Shown here in pieces: positions 1-7,493 of a DNA stretch of 60,179 nucleotides (within the stretch, counting starts at the first letter, position 1; each line of letters starts with the position of its first letter). The stretch is from Candidatus Campbellbacteria bacterium (GTDB lineage Bacteria > Patescibacteriota > Minisyncoccia > Phycocordibacterales > CSBR16-193). The notes beneath the pieces were generated by a model. That model was not told where the DNA came from and did no database searches. It saw only the letters and a program-made list of their open reading frames with translations. A program made the translations under genes and the position numbers. The stretch spans positions 1 to 60,179 of the forward strand of contig SKHG01000018.1 in NCBI GenBank assembly GCA_007117035.1, written 5' to 3'.

Positions 1-355
1 ACTTGCTACCAGCGGTTTGGTAGGTTTTGTCGACTGTTAGTGTGTTGCCTGAAAGTCCTTCATCACCTTCCCAAGAGATAGTGATGTTGTCGCCCCAAGC
101 TCCAGAGTTCCAACGAACTGTGTCACCGGCTTGGACCCTGATATTTAAACTACATTCAGCAACACTTCCACCAGCCATAACTGTAGATAGTGGAGAAGTT
201 AGAACAGGAGAAATTACTGGGAAAACAAAAGCAAGAAATAGCCAAAAAACAAAAATTGCTTTTACAAAAGGAAAAGGTTTTGACACATAAAAAAATCGGT
301 CAGCTTTTGAAGTCTTACTCGGAACCTTAATTAATTTTTTGTATATATTATTCAT
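1..355 (-). CDS. Secreted/surface protein with PKD-like beta-sandwich repeat (partial, runs off left edge; absent from ORF track)
   Basis: Manual translation from ATG at 355: MNNIYKKLIK...KAIFVFWLFLAFVFPVISP (hydrophobic signal/anchor)...NITISWEGDEGLSGNTLTVDKTYQTAGSK. Open to the window edge. The W-x-G-x-x-G-L-S-G...K-T-Y-x-T-A-G pattern resembles PKD domains. Confidence 0.6.
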   Translation of the reverse strand, partial: MNNIYKKLIKVPSKTSKADRFFYVSKPFPFVKAIFVFWLFLAFVFPVISPVLTSPLSTVMAGGSVAECSLNIRVQAGDTVRWNSGAWGDNITISWEGDEGLSGNTLTVDKTYQTAGSK

Positions 356-397
356 AATTTTTAACCCTTCTATACACCTATTTATTTAAGTGAACTA

Positions 398-427
398 AAC
401 TTACACCAACAATATATACTTTGTCAA
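398..427 (-). promoter_or_regulatory. Putative sigma70 promoter of the PKD-like gene
   Basis: TTGACA-18 nt-TAAGTT on the minus strand, about 40 nt upstream of ATG 355. Confidence 0.5.
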
Positions 428-483
428 GTTTTACATTTTATAAAATATGGCTAACATAAGGGATATTTCTAACTTTATGAATT

Positions 484-594
484 TGTCCTTTATAAATAAA
501 TATTGACGTATATTATGCCCTTTATATATGACTTTTTTCGGAATATATATTGTCCTTTATAATGTCCTTTATTAAAAACAATATGTCTTTTATA
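484..594 (+). repeat. Five dispersed direct copies of TGTCCTTTAT(A)
   Basis: Copies start at 484, 516 (TGCCCTTTATA), 551, 563 and 584 (TGTCTTTTATA); a degenerate inverted copy lies at 456-465. Confidence 0.8.
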
Positions 595-623
595 AAAAAA
601 CCCGCAACTTTGTAAGTTGCGGG
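594..623 (-). terminator. Intrinsic terminator of lipoprotein gene
   Basis: CCCGCAACTT-TGT-AAGTTGCGGG hairpin with an A7 run on its left (U-tract on minus strand). Confidence 0.85.
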
Positions 624-638
624 CTTGCTATAACACCA

Positions 639-1058
639 CTACTGTGCTGAAGCAGAGGATGAAGATCCAGAATTAGAACTGGAACTTCCGCCTGAGACAT
701 TCATACCTCGGAGACCGAGGCCTATTGGAATTCCTAGACCCGGACCTCTCATAATAGGATCAAGAATACCTGGGGTTTTCTCAGTTGTCCAACCTTGGAA
801 TTGAACATCCCCAGATTGATCATGTGTCCAAACGGACACAAGTGAGACGTCTCCCCTCCAGAGATTTTTTTGCTCCCAAGCCAAAACTTGTTGACCTGGT
901 TGGTGTGAAATCTCTCCTGTCTCATCATTCTGATGAGACAAGGACTGGAAGTTGACCCCTTGTGGCTCGAATGCTGTTTGCGAGTGAGTGGTGCAACCCA
1001 CCCCCACAAACAACATGATTGCTGACAAAATTGTCAGAATTATCAATTGTTTTTTCAT
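639..1058 (-). CDS. Orphan lipoprotein
   Basis: Start refined to MKKQLIILTILSAIMLFVGVG-C (SPII lipobox-like), preceded by AAAGGGAAACT; Gly-rich hydrophobic segment and Ser-rich C-tail. Confidence 0.7.
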   Translation of the reverse strand: MKKQLIILTILSAIMLFVGVGCTTHSQTAFEPQGVNFQSLSHQNDETGEISHQPGQQVLAWEQKNLWRGDVSLVSVWTHDQSGDVQFQGWTTEKTPGILDPIMRGPGLGIPIGLGLRGMNVSGGSSSSNSGSSSSASAQ

Positions 1059-1074
1059 AGTTTCCCTTTCTCTA

Positions 1075-1151
1075 GTTTTTTGTGTGGTGGATTCTGTGTA
1101 AAAGAACCCGTTAGCTAGCAGTAGAATACATAACAAAAAAGAATATGTCAA
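1075..1151 (-). repeat. Promoter/leader module copy 1 (TTGACA-17-TATTCT, GTTCTTTTACA, A-rich leader)
   Basis: 1099-1151 matches 7154-7206 at 47/53 nt; 1075-1094 matches 7131-7150 at 17/20 nt. Confidence 0.9.
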
Positions 1152-1169
1152 GGGTTTAAAATATTGAAG

Positions 1170-2033
1170 TTAGGATTTTATAAGCTTTTTTAGTCTATCA
1201 ATATTTCTCTTATCTGCTCCTTGATTATCAAATCCTGGGACCTCAGCAATAAATGGTAGTTTTTTGATTTTACGGTGATTTAAAATCAGACGAAAAACCT
1301 CTTTATTAACAAAACCTTCATTAATATTATCGTGTCTATCTCGCAACGCTCCTAGTTCGTCACGACTATCATTTATATGAATCACCTCAAGATTTTCTAA
1401 ACCAATCATTTTTTCAAAACCAAGCAAGAAATTATCTATTTTTTTCTTATTCGACAAATCAAATCCGGCTGCGTGTAGGTGACACGTATCCAGACAAACT
1501 TTTAGTCGAGGATTTTTTATATTTTTTATAATATAAGCAATCTCAGCTAAATCCATTCCAATCTTCCTCATTCCCATATTTTCGATAATTAAAAAAGTTT
1601 CTTTGGGTGTTTTATCTAAAACAATCTTTATATTTTTTAAAAGTAGTTTGTACCTATCTCGTTCTCTAAATGATACGTCTGAGTTTATATTTTTTTTTCC
1701 ATCTTTAAATGAACCGAGGTGGACTACAGTTCCTCTGACTCCAACCTTTCCAGCAGTCTTTAACTCTGAGACCAGCGAATTGATTGATTTCTGTTGGATC
1801 TCTGAACTACCAACAAGGTTTATTAAATACGATGCGTGGAAATATACTGATGAAATTTTATATTGGACACAAGCTTTTTTAAACTTTTGAATTTCTTCCG
1901 ACGACAGATTAGCTACTCGCCAACCGCGAGGTGAAGTCGAGAAGATTTGTAGACAGTTACCTCCAATCTCATGAACTCGACGAACTGCTTCCGAGTAACC
2001 CCCAGCAGTAGATACGTGTGCTCCAATTAACAT
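1170..2033 (-). CDS. nfo: Endonuclease IV (AP endonuclease)
   Basis: IGAHVS, QIF, HASYLINL, HLG, IENMG, CLDTCH, HINDS, DRH and E Zn-ligand motifs. Confidence 0.95.
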   Translation of the reverse strand: MLIGAHVSTAGGYSEAVRRVHEIGGNCLQIFSTSPRGWRVANLSSEEIQKFKKACVQYKISSVYFHASYLINLVGSSEIQQKSINSLVSELKTAGKVGVRGTVVHLGSFKDGKKNINSDVSFRERDRYKLLLKNIKIVLDKTPKETFLIIENMGMRKIGMDLAEIAYIIKNIKNPRLKVCLDTCHLHAAGFDLSNKKKIDNFLLGFEKMIGLENLEVIHINDSRDELGALRDRHDNINEGFVNKEVFRLILNHRKIKKLPFIAEVPGFDNQGADKRNIDRLKKLIKS

Positions 2034-2136
2034 ATATCAATATTCTAACATATTTCTTTATTTGATCTATCACAACCAAACTTCCAAAATATCTGTATTG
2101 TGGCTAGGACATTGTAATAGATAAAACTTGTGTGTG

Positions 2137-2209
2137 TGGACCATAGCGGGGTCGAACCGCTGACCTCGCCCATGCCATGGGCGCGCTCTACCAGCTGAGC
2201 TAATGGCCC
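2137..2209 (-). tRNA. tRNA-Ala(GGC)
   Basis: GGGCCATTAGCTCAGCTGGTAGAGCGCGCCCATGGCATGGGCGAGGTCAGCGGTTCGACCCCGCTATGGTCCA; cloverleaf, G3:U70 identity pair, CCA not encoded. Confidence 0.97.
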
Positions 2210-2398
2210 TAAATAATCTCTTTTTTAAATTATATTCTAGAACAGAAATCCTAACAAACATTTCTATCAACCACAAAATCTATATTACTTATTTTTTTAT
2301 AAATCAAAAAAGCCACATCTGTCAAAATACCTAAACCTCGTCATGCTTAATTTTTAATATATCAACCGAAAGGAGACTTAGATGAAAGTAAATTTTAT

Positions 2399-2938
2399 TT
2401 ATCGAACATCGTATGCCCAGTGCAAAAGAGCTTGGCGCTGTTTAGGACGACAACTCTCATCTCCTGGTCGACAGTTCTTCTCCACCTGAGCAAGATGTCG
2501 ATTCATCTGTCTCCAACGCTTTATTTGTCGCTCATCTTCTTCTGATAAACGTCTTCCAAGATAGTAGCGACAGTACCACTGAAACCAACCATGCGGATCA
2601 TTTTTTTGGTTAATCCAACCTTTAGAAATCCAAACCTCGAGCGACTGACTAGCCTGAAGACCAAAATAATTTAACTCAGCGTGTTTTTCTCCATCCTTGG
2701 AAAGAGCCACTCCATCAAACCAACTTTTGGGTAGATCATCAGGAATCAAACCATCTACTGCTATAAAATATGCTCCGCCGAATACTCCTAATGAGAGCAT
2801 ATCTTTTGGTGTAAGGGTTGGGTTAAACCCTTGTGCAAAATTCTTACCAACAGGTTCAGACAACTCATAAACATAATTTTTTTGAAATCTATCACTGTAT
2901 TTGATCTTCTGTGGGCGTTTGTTGTTTGAATTTTTCAT
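2399..2938 (-). CDS. Conserved protein of unknown function (TPxxMLxLGVFGG...WFQWYCRYYLGRR...RQALLHWAYD family)
   Basis: Trp/Tyr/Arg-rich motifs that look like a conserved family; I cannot assign a function. Confidence 0.75.
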   Translation of the reverse strand: MKNSNNKRPQKIKYSDRFQKNYVYELSEPVGKNFAQGFNPTLTPKDMLSLGVFGGAYFIAVDGLIPDDLPKSWFDGVALSKDGEKHAELNYFGLQASQSLEVWISKGWINQKNDPHGWFQWYCRYYLGRRLSEEDERQIKRWRQMNRHLAQVEKNCRPGDESCRPKQRQALLHWAYDVR

Positions 2939-2939
2939 A

Positions 2940-3386
2940 TTAAATGTGATGAGTAAGGTACCAAACCAGAAGTCCTAATGAACCCCACCAACCAATAAAA
3001 GATACCAGAAAACTAACCGTAATCAATTTTTGTAATTTTTGAGGCAACAACTCTTGCTCTCTCCCCTCTCTTTCCTGTTTTAAAATATACGGACTAACAT
3101 AAAAAGAAAGAAAACAACCGTTTATAATTAAAAACAGCACAATAACTATATGAGTTAATGGAATCCAAGTCAGCGGGTTATTTACATAAAAGAAGAAACC
3201 ACCAACTATTACCAAAGCTATACCAATCCAAATCAAAGGCTTGGTTACCTTATGTGCTCTGATTGTTGCTACGGTCCAGTAAGAAGACCGTCGAGCTAGA
3301 AAACCGTGTAAATCGATAACTGTTACTGCGCCCAGACCTAAAACAAAACCTGCTAAAAATATAAACAAAGCGATTGATGTTGTCAT
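2940..3386 (-). CDS. Four-TM membrane protein, unknown function
   Basis: Four hydrophobic segments; start refined to ATG 3386, which lies 7 nt after TGT-TAAAAT (leaderless pattern). Confidence 0.75.
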   Translation of the reverse strand: MTTSIALFIFLAGFVLGLGAVTVIDLHGFLARRSSYWTVATIRAHKVTKPLIWIGIALVIVGGFFFYVNNPLTWIPLTHIVIVLFLIINGCFLSFYVSPYILKQEREGREQELLPQKLQKLITVSFLVSFIGWWGSLGLLVWYLTHHI

Positions 3387-3473
3387 GGATATTATTTTAA
3401 CAGAAATCAATTTTTATTTCTTTAGTTCATTCAGATAAATAAACTAAATAAAAATATTAAACCCTTTACTCAT

Positions 3474-3504
3474 AAAAAACCACCTTACATAAATGTAAGG
3501 TGGT
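3474..3504 (-). terminator. Intrinsic terminator
   Basis: ACCACCTTACAT-AA-ATGTAAGGTGGT hairpin with an A-run on its left. Confidence 0.85.
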
Positions 3505-3520
3505 GTTCGTATTCGGTTAA

Positions 3521-3967
3521 TTATTTAAATTCATCGCATAGACCGATGTATAATCCAACAACAAGACCCATAAAAAGACATGTTGCTAAACCATAAATAA
3601 AACCCGAGAGAAAACAGGTGAAAACAATAGACATAACAAGACCGACAATAATTCCTAGAACAAGACCCCAAACAAAACCTCTAACAAGATTACTGATTAC
3701 ACCCTCCTCCTCAAATGAATTCAGTGGTTTGAAGATGTTTACTGTAATAATTATTACGATTCCGCTTACGACATAAGACAGGATCGGTATCAAAACCAAT
3801 CCAATCTGTGAGAGGGTCAAGTTTTTTGGCGTTAGATATTGCATACTATCTAAATATGAAATTAGGTATAGATTAATTTCAAACCAAAAAAAACAACCCG
3901 ATATTAAAACCACAAAACCTGTAAACAATCCAAGTGAATAACCTGGAACTCTAAGATTAGCTTTCAT
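3521..3967 (-). CDS. Orphan membrane protein with Gly-zipper-like (GLVxG) C-terminal helices
   Basis: Hydrophobic ORF with AAAAGGAGGAATA-ATG SD, its own promoter and its own terminator. Confidence 0.8.
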   Translation of the reverse strand: MKANLRVPGYSLGLFTGFVVLISGCFFWFEINLYLISYLDSMQYLTPKNLTLSQIGLVLIPILSYVVSGIVIIITVNIFKPLNSFEEEGVISNLVRGFVWGLVLGIIVGLVMSIVFTCFLSGFIYGLATCLFMGLVVGLYIGLCDEFK

Positions 3968-4011
3968 TATTCCTCCTTTTTTGTTTTTAAGAACACTCTA
4001 AGTCAAAAAAT

Positions 4012-4040
4012 ACAATAAGGTAAATTACTGCTAATGTCAA
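4012..4040 (-). promoter_or_regulatory. Sigma70 promoter of orphan 3521-3967
   Basis: TTGACA-17-TATTGT followed by GTTCTTAAAAAC and AGGAGG. Confidence 0.75.
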
Positions 4041-4126
4041 TCTGTCGTTATGGTTCAATAGGATTAATTTTAAAAACCTGCTTTACTTCCCACAAACAAG
4101 GTCTAAATAAATTAAATTCATTTTTT

Positions 4127-5350
4127 TCAGTCCACCTCACCGAAAGAAGGAATTGAGAATCTGGATTTTCTAAATTCTTTTTTATAATCTGAACTTTTCT
4201 TTAACCCTGAACACAGACCAACAACCCCTCTACCAAACCGAAGATTTAAATTATCTATTACTTTGAAAGGAAGACTTATTTCCTGGTGTCTTTCGTTAAA
4301 AAGAACCTGCTGTGTTGACTCTCTGTTTTCTAGACCTGAAAAAATTACACCTGTTGTTCGATACAAAACTCCACTCAAAAAAATACCGTCTAGAATAATG
4401 CGCGCCTGCACAACAGCTATATTGCTCGCATTAGACGGCTGAAAAAACTTAACCTCTTTTTCTTTGTATTTAAAAGTTTGAGTTTTTATAAACACAGACA
4501 TGCACTTGGCTCGAAGATTCATTCTACGAAGATCAAAAGTTGCTTTCTCAATGTGCTCTACTATTTCTTTTAGGAGAAAATCTTTGTTGGCACTAGGAAT
4601 AAAAGTCCTACTAGAACGAATTGATTTTCTAGGTGATAAATTTTCATTACCAAACGGAAAAACTTCTTGACCGTTTAACTCCTGCCATATCGTCTGAAGA
4701 GGTTTATAGAAATCTTTTTGTATTCTTCTAAAATCTTCTGAAACTAAATCAAAGGCATTACGCAAACCAACTTTTTCAAGTTTTTCTGCTGTCCTCTCTC
4801 CAATTCCCCAAACCTTGTTAAGAGGAGTAGCTTTTAAGTAATTTTCTCGATCCTGATCTTTCAAAAAAGTAAAACCGTCTGGTTTGCCCCAGTTAGACGC
4901 AATCTTAGCCAGAACCTTTGTTGATGCTAAACCAACAGAAACAGTAATACCCAACTCCTTTTTTATATCTGATTTTATATTAAAAACTGCACTCTTTACC
5001 TTTCTCTCGAAAAATAATTTACCTTTTTTAAAACGTATAAAAAATTCATCAATACTATACTCCTCTATCTCTTCTCCATACCGACGAGCAATGTCGAACA
5101 TTCTTCTTGAAAAAACCGTGTACAAAAAGAAATCAGAATGGACTACGATAACTTCCGGAAAAAGACGTCGGATTTGTGTAACAGGCATTCCTCTGGTAAC
5201 TCCTAAAACTTTAGCCTCTTTACTCATGGAGGACGCAATACCTCTTTCGGCACCAGTAATAACCGGTCGACTCTTTAAACTTGGATTGATAGACTGCTCA
5301 ACTGATGCAAAAAAAGAATCACCGTCGATATGACCTATGATGTGTGACAT
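4127..5350 (-). CDS. umuC: Y-family translesion DNA polymerase (UmuC/DinB type)
   Basis: HIDGDSFFASVEQ, YSIDE, K(V)LAKIAS, VWGIG motifs; UmuC-like C-tail (IDNLNLRFG); lies 2 nt downstream of the lexA/umuD-like gene. Confidence 0.85.
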   Translation of the reverse strand: MSHIIGHIDGDSFFASVEQSINPSLKSRPVITGAERGIASSMSKEAKVLGVTRGMPVTQIRRLFPEVIVVHSDFFLYTVFSRRMFDIARRYGEEIEEYSIDEFFIRFKKGKLFFERKVKSAVFNIKSDIKKELGITVSVGLASTKVLAKIASNWGKPDGFTFLKDQDRENYLKATPLNKVWGIGERTAEKLEKVGLRNAFDLVSEDFRRIQKDFYKPLQTIWQELNGQEVFPFGNENLSPRKSIRSSRTFIPSANKDFLLKEIVEHIEKATFDLRRMNLRAKCMSVFIKTQTFKYKEKEVKFFQPSNASNIAVVQARIILDGIFLSGVLYRTTGVIFSGLENRESTQQVLFNERHQEISLPFKVIDNLNLRFGRGVVGLCSGLKKSSDYKKEFRKSRFSIPSFGEVD

Positions 5351-5352
5351 GA

Positions 5353-5937
5353 TTATTTGTATTTTCTAATAACCCCAACAACAACAGCAGAAATTTCAAG
5401 ACTCTCTTTCGGATAAATAGGTTTATACTTTTTGTTTGCTGGTTCCAAAAAACTAATCCCGTCTTTCTTTCTTAAATATTTCATTGTCCACTTTCCGTCA
5501 ATTTCAGCGATAACAATACTACCTTCTTTTGGAGTCTTACCTCTTTCAACAACAACAATATCACCTTGCTGTATACCGGCGTCCTTCATAGAATCACCTG
5601 TCACCTTTAGGATAAAACTTGCCTCCCGATTCTCAACCAACCATTCGTCTAGAGTAATAGTATCCAAGAACTGCTCTTCGGCTGATCCTGGAAATCCAGC
5701 CTCAATAGTACCGAGAACTTTGAGTTGACCGAAAAGATTTGTTGGTATGATCCTACCTGTTTTATCTTGTGATATTACACCATCATTAACCAAACTCTTA
5801 ACTAATTTATAAACAGTATTTTTAGATTTAAAACCTAAAAGATTACCTAACTCCGAAAAACTTGGCATTCTTTTTCTTTTTTTATAAAAACCCCTCAATA
5901 TTAAAAGTGTATTTTTATTTTTAATAATTCCAGTCAT
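5353..5937 (-). CDS. lexA: LexA-family repressor with UmuD-like S24 peptidase domain
   Basis: N-terminal wHTH (MPSFSELGNLLGFKSKNTVYKLV), AG cleavage site (IEAGFP), catalytic Ser (GDSM) and Lys (WTMKYL). Confidence 0.9.
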   Translation of the reverse strand: MTGIIKNKNTLLILRGFYKKRKRMPSFSELGNLLGFKSKNTVYKLVKSLVNDGVISQDKTGRIIPTNLFGQLKVLGTIEAGFPGSAEEQFLDTITLDEWLVENREASFILKVTGDSMKDAGIQQGDIVVVERGKTPKEGSIVIAEIDGKWTMKYLRKKDGISFLEPANKKYKPIYPKESLEISAVVVGVIRKYK

Positions 5938-5943
5938 TCTTAA

Positions 5944-5972
5944 AGTATAGTAAACGAACGTTCACCTGTCCA
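5944..5972 (-). promoter_or_regulatory. lexA-umuC promoter with candidate SOS operator in the spacer
   Basis: TGGACA-17-TATACT, ATG 6 nt downstream; GAAC-GTTC-GTTT (GAAC-N4-GTTY) at 5952-5963. Confidence 0.7.
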
Positions 5973-6045
5973 CTCGATTTCAATAAATGGCCGAACGATT
6001 ATCCTATTCCACAATAAGAAAGAGTGTTTTGTGTCATAAATATAA

Positions 6046-6077
6046 AAACCCTACCGTATAAAATACAGTAGGGTTTG
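6046..6077 (-). terminator. Intrinsic terminator
   Basis: AAACCCTACCGTAT-AAAA-ATACAGTAGGGTTT hairpin (one mismatch). Confidence 0.7.
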
Positions 6078-6130
6078 ATGTCTCAGTTTTTTAACATAAA
6101 TTCTGAGAAAGATTTGCACTCCTCCCAAAT

Positions 6131-6388
6131 TTAAATTAAAGGTTTTAGAACTGAGTCATTAGTGTAATGAGCTGTGAGATCTCTTCCGGTCAATAAAAAC
6201 TTAACAGAAAATGTCTCTTCTATCTCATCCAACCTCTCCTTATGAGAAGCTAAATAGAGCGCGACTGATTCATAAATATCAATATTTTTTAAATGATAAG
6301 TATGGTGGCCTGATTGATTATTGTATATCTCATTAGCCAATTCATGTAGTAGAATTTCTACCACATCAATGTTTACATCTTTATTCAT
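6131..6388 (-). CDS. Small orphan protein (85 aa)
   Basis: ATAGGAGGAATT-ATG SD; downstream terminator; GTTCTTTTACA in leader (about 6503-6516). Confidence 0.75.
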   Translation of the reverse strand: MNKDVNIDVVEILLHELANEIYNNQSGHHTYHLKNIDIYESVALYLASHKERLDEIEETFSVKFLLTGRDLTAHYTNDSVLKPLI

Positions 6389-6631
6389 AATTCCTCCTAT
6401 TTAATTTGAGAAGTCTGTTGGGTTAACATAAATAAGAAAACAATAAACTACATTGTTTCATCTTTATTTTTTGGACCATATCATGACCCAAAACAGACCT
6501 TTGTGTAAAAGAACAAAACCCCAACCTGATTATTAGTCGGGGCAACAATGTTAAAATTATATAGTATTTTTCATATAAGTAAAGACCCTGAACTTAAACT
6601 AACTTTTCTATCTGCTTTTATTAATAATAAA

Positions 6632-6657
6632 AAAGAGTGTTGCAAGCAACACTCTTT
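6632..6657 (-). terminator. Intrinsic terminator
   Basis: AAAGAGTGTTGC-AA-GCAACACTCTTT perfect inverted repeat with an A-run on its left. Confidence 0.85.
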
Positions 6658-6673
6658 GTTTTAAAAAACCAAA

Positions 6674-7111
6674 TTAAATTCCTCCCCCGCCAAAAATGGC
6701 TTTGAGAGTTAAGAAAAGGTCTTTATTTGATTGTTCAAAAATAACAACTTTCCAGCCTTGTCGAACTCCAATTGAGACATCAGGACGCCTCGCATCAGGA
6801 AATTCGTCCCTTATCATTTCCCAGAAGATGCTGTCTAGTACGCTCATCTGGTTACTCATTTTTTGAATCTCAATCATCAGTGACAGAGAATCATCTCCAG
6901 AAACAACAAAAAGGTTCCTTTTTAGATCCTCAAATTTCTTCTTACTAGATTCTTTGAAATAAAGAATCCGTGAATACACTGTTTTGGTTCTTTGATTCTG
7001 CAGGATCCCAAGAACAGTTTCTTCTGGATTAACTTCTTTCCTCGGTTCACTAAGTGCTTCAAACTTTCCAGAAAAAATGTCTTCCAGGTGTTTTTCTAAT
7101 TCTTCAACCAT
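6674..7111 (-). CDS. Orphan cytoplasmic protein (145 aa; FWxxIRxEF...IGVRxGWKVV motif)
   Basis: AATAGGAGGTAATT-ATG SD, own promoter module and terminator. Confidence 0.8.
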   Translation of the reverse strand: MVEELEKHLEDIFSGKFEALSEPRKEVNPEETVLGILQNQRTKTVYSRILYFKESSKKKFEDLKRNLFVVSGDDSLSLMIEIQKMSNQMSVLDSIFWEMIRDEFPDARRPDVSIGVRQGWKVVIFEQSNKDLFLTLKAIFGGGGI

Positions 7112-7130
7112 AATTACCTCCTATTTTTTT

Positions 7131-7206
7131 GTTTTTTGTTTGATGAATTCCTTTAAAAGAACTCGTTAACTAACAGTAGAATGCCTAACAAAAAAGAATC
7201 TGTCAA
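7131..7206 (-). repeat. Promoter/leader module copy 2 (TTGACA-17-CATTCT, GTTCTTTTAAA)
   Basis: Near-identical to 1075-1151. Confidence 0.9.
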
Positions 7207-7493
7207 TAGTTCCGTAATATCCCAATAGCTTGGAAAAAGCAAAAAATAAAACCCAAGTATGTTGCATATACAAATCTCAAAAAACAGAAAGAAGTTTGTT
7301 TCTGTTTAGTGACGAACAAACAAACCAAAAAATCATAAAAAGTCTTACTTTTTCCTTTGTAAATCACTACTTTAAAAGTGATCTGGGTTTTGCAGAAAGG
7401 ATAAAATATGTATAATAGGGACTTGTATATTATTATATTTTCATTTTATCCAAACAAGCTTTAAAAATATTCAACGTCAGACATACATATAAT

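Noticed and set aside
2070-2276. 68-aa ORF in the track
   Set aside because: Overlaps tRNA-Ala(GGC) on the same strand; spurious
7230-7415. 61-aa ORF upstream of ntpA
   Set aside because: TTG start, no SD, no recognisable motif; lies in an AT-rich divergent promoter region
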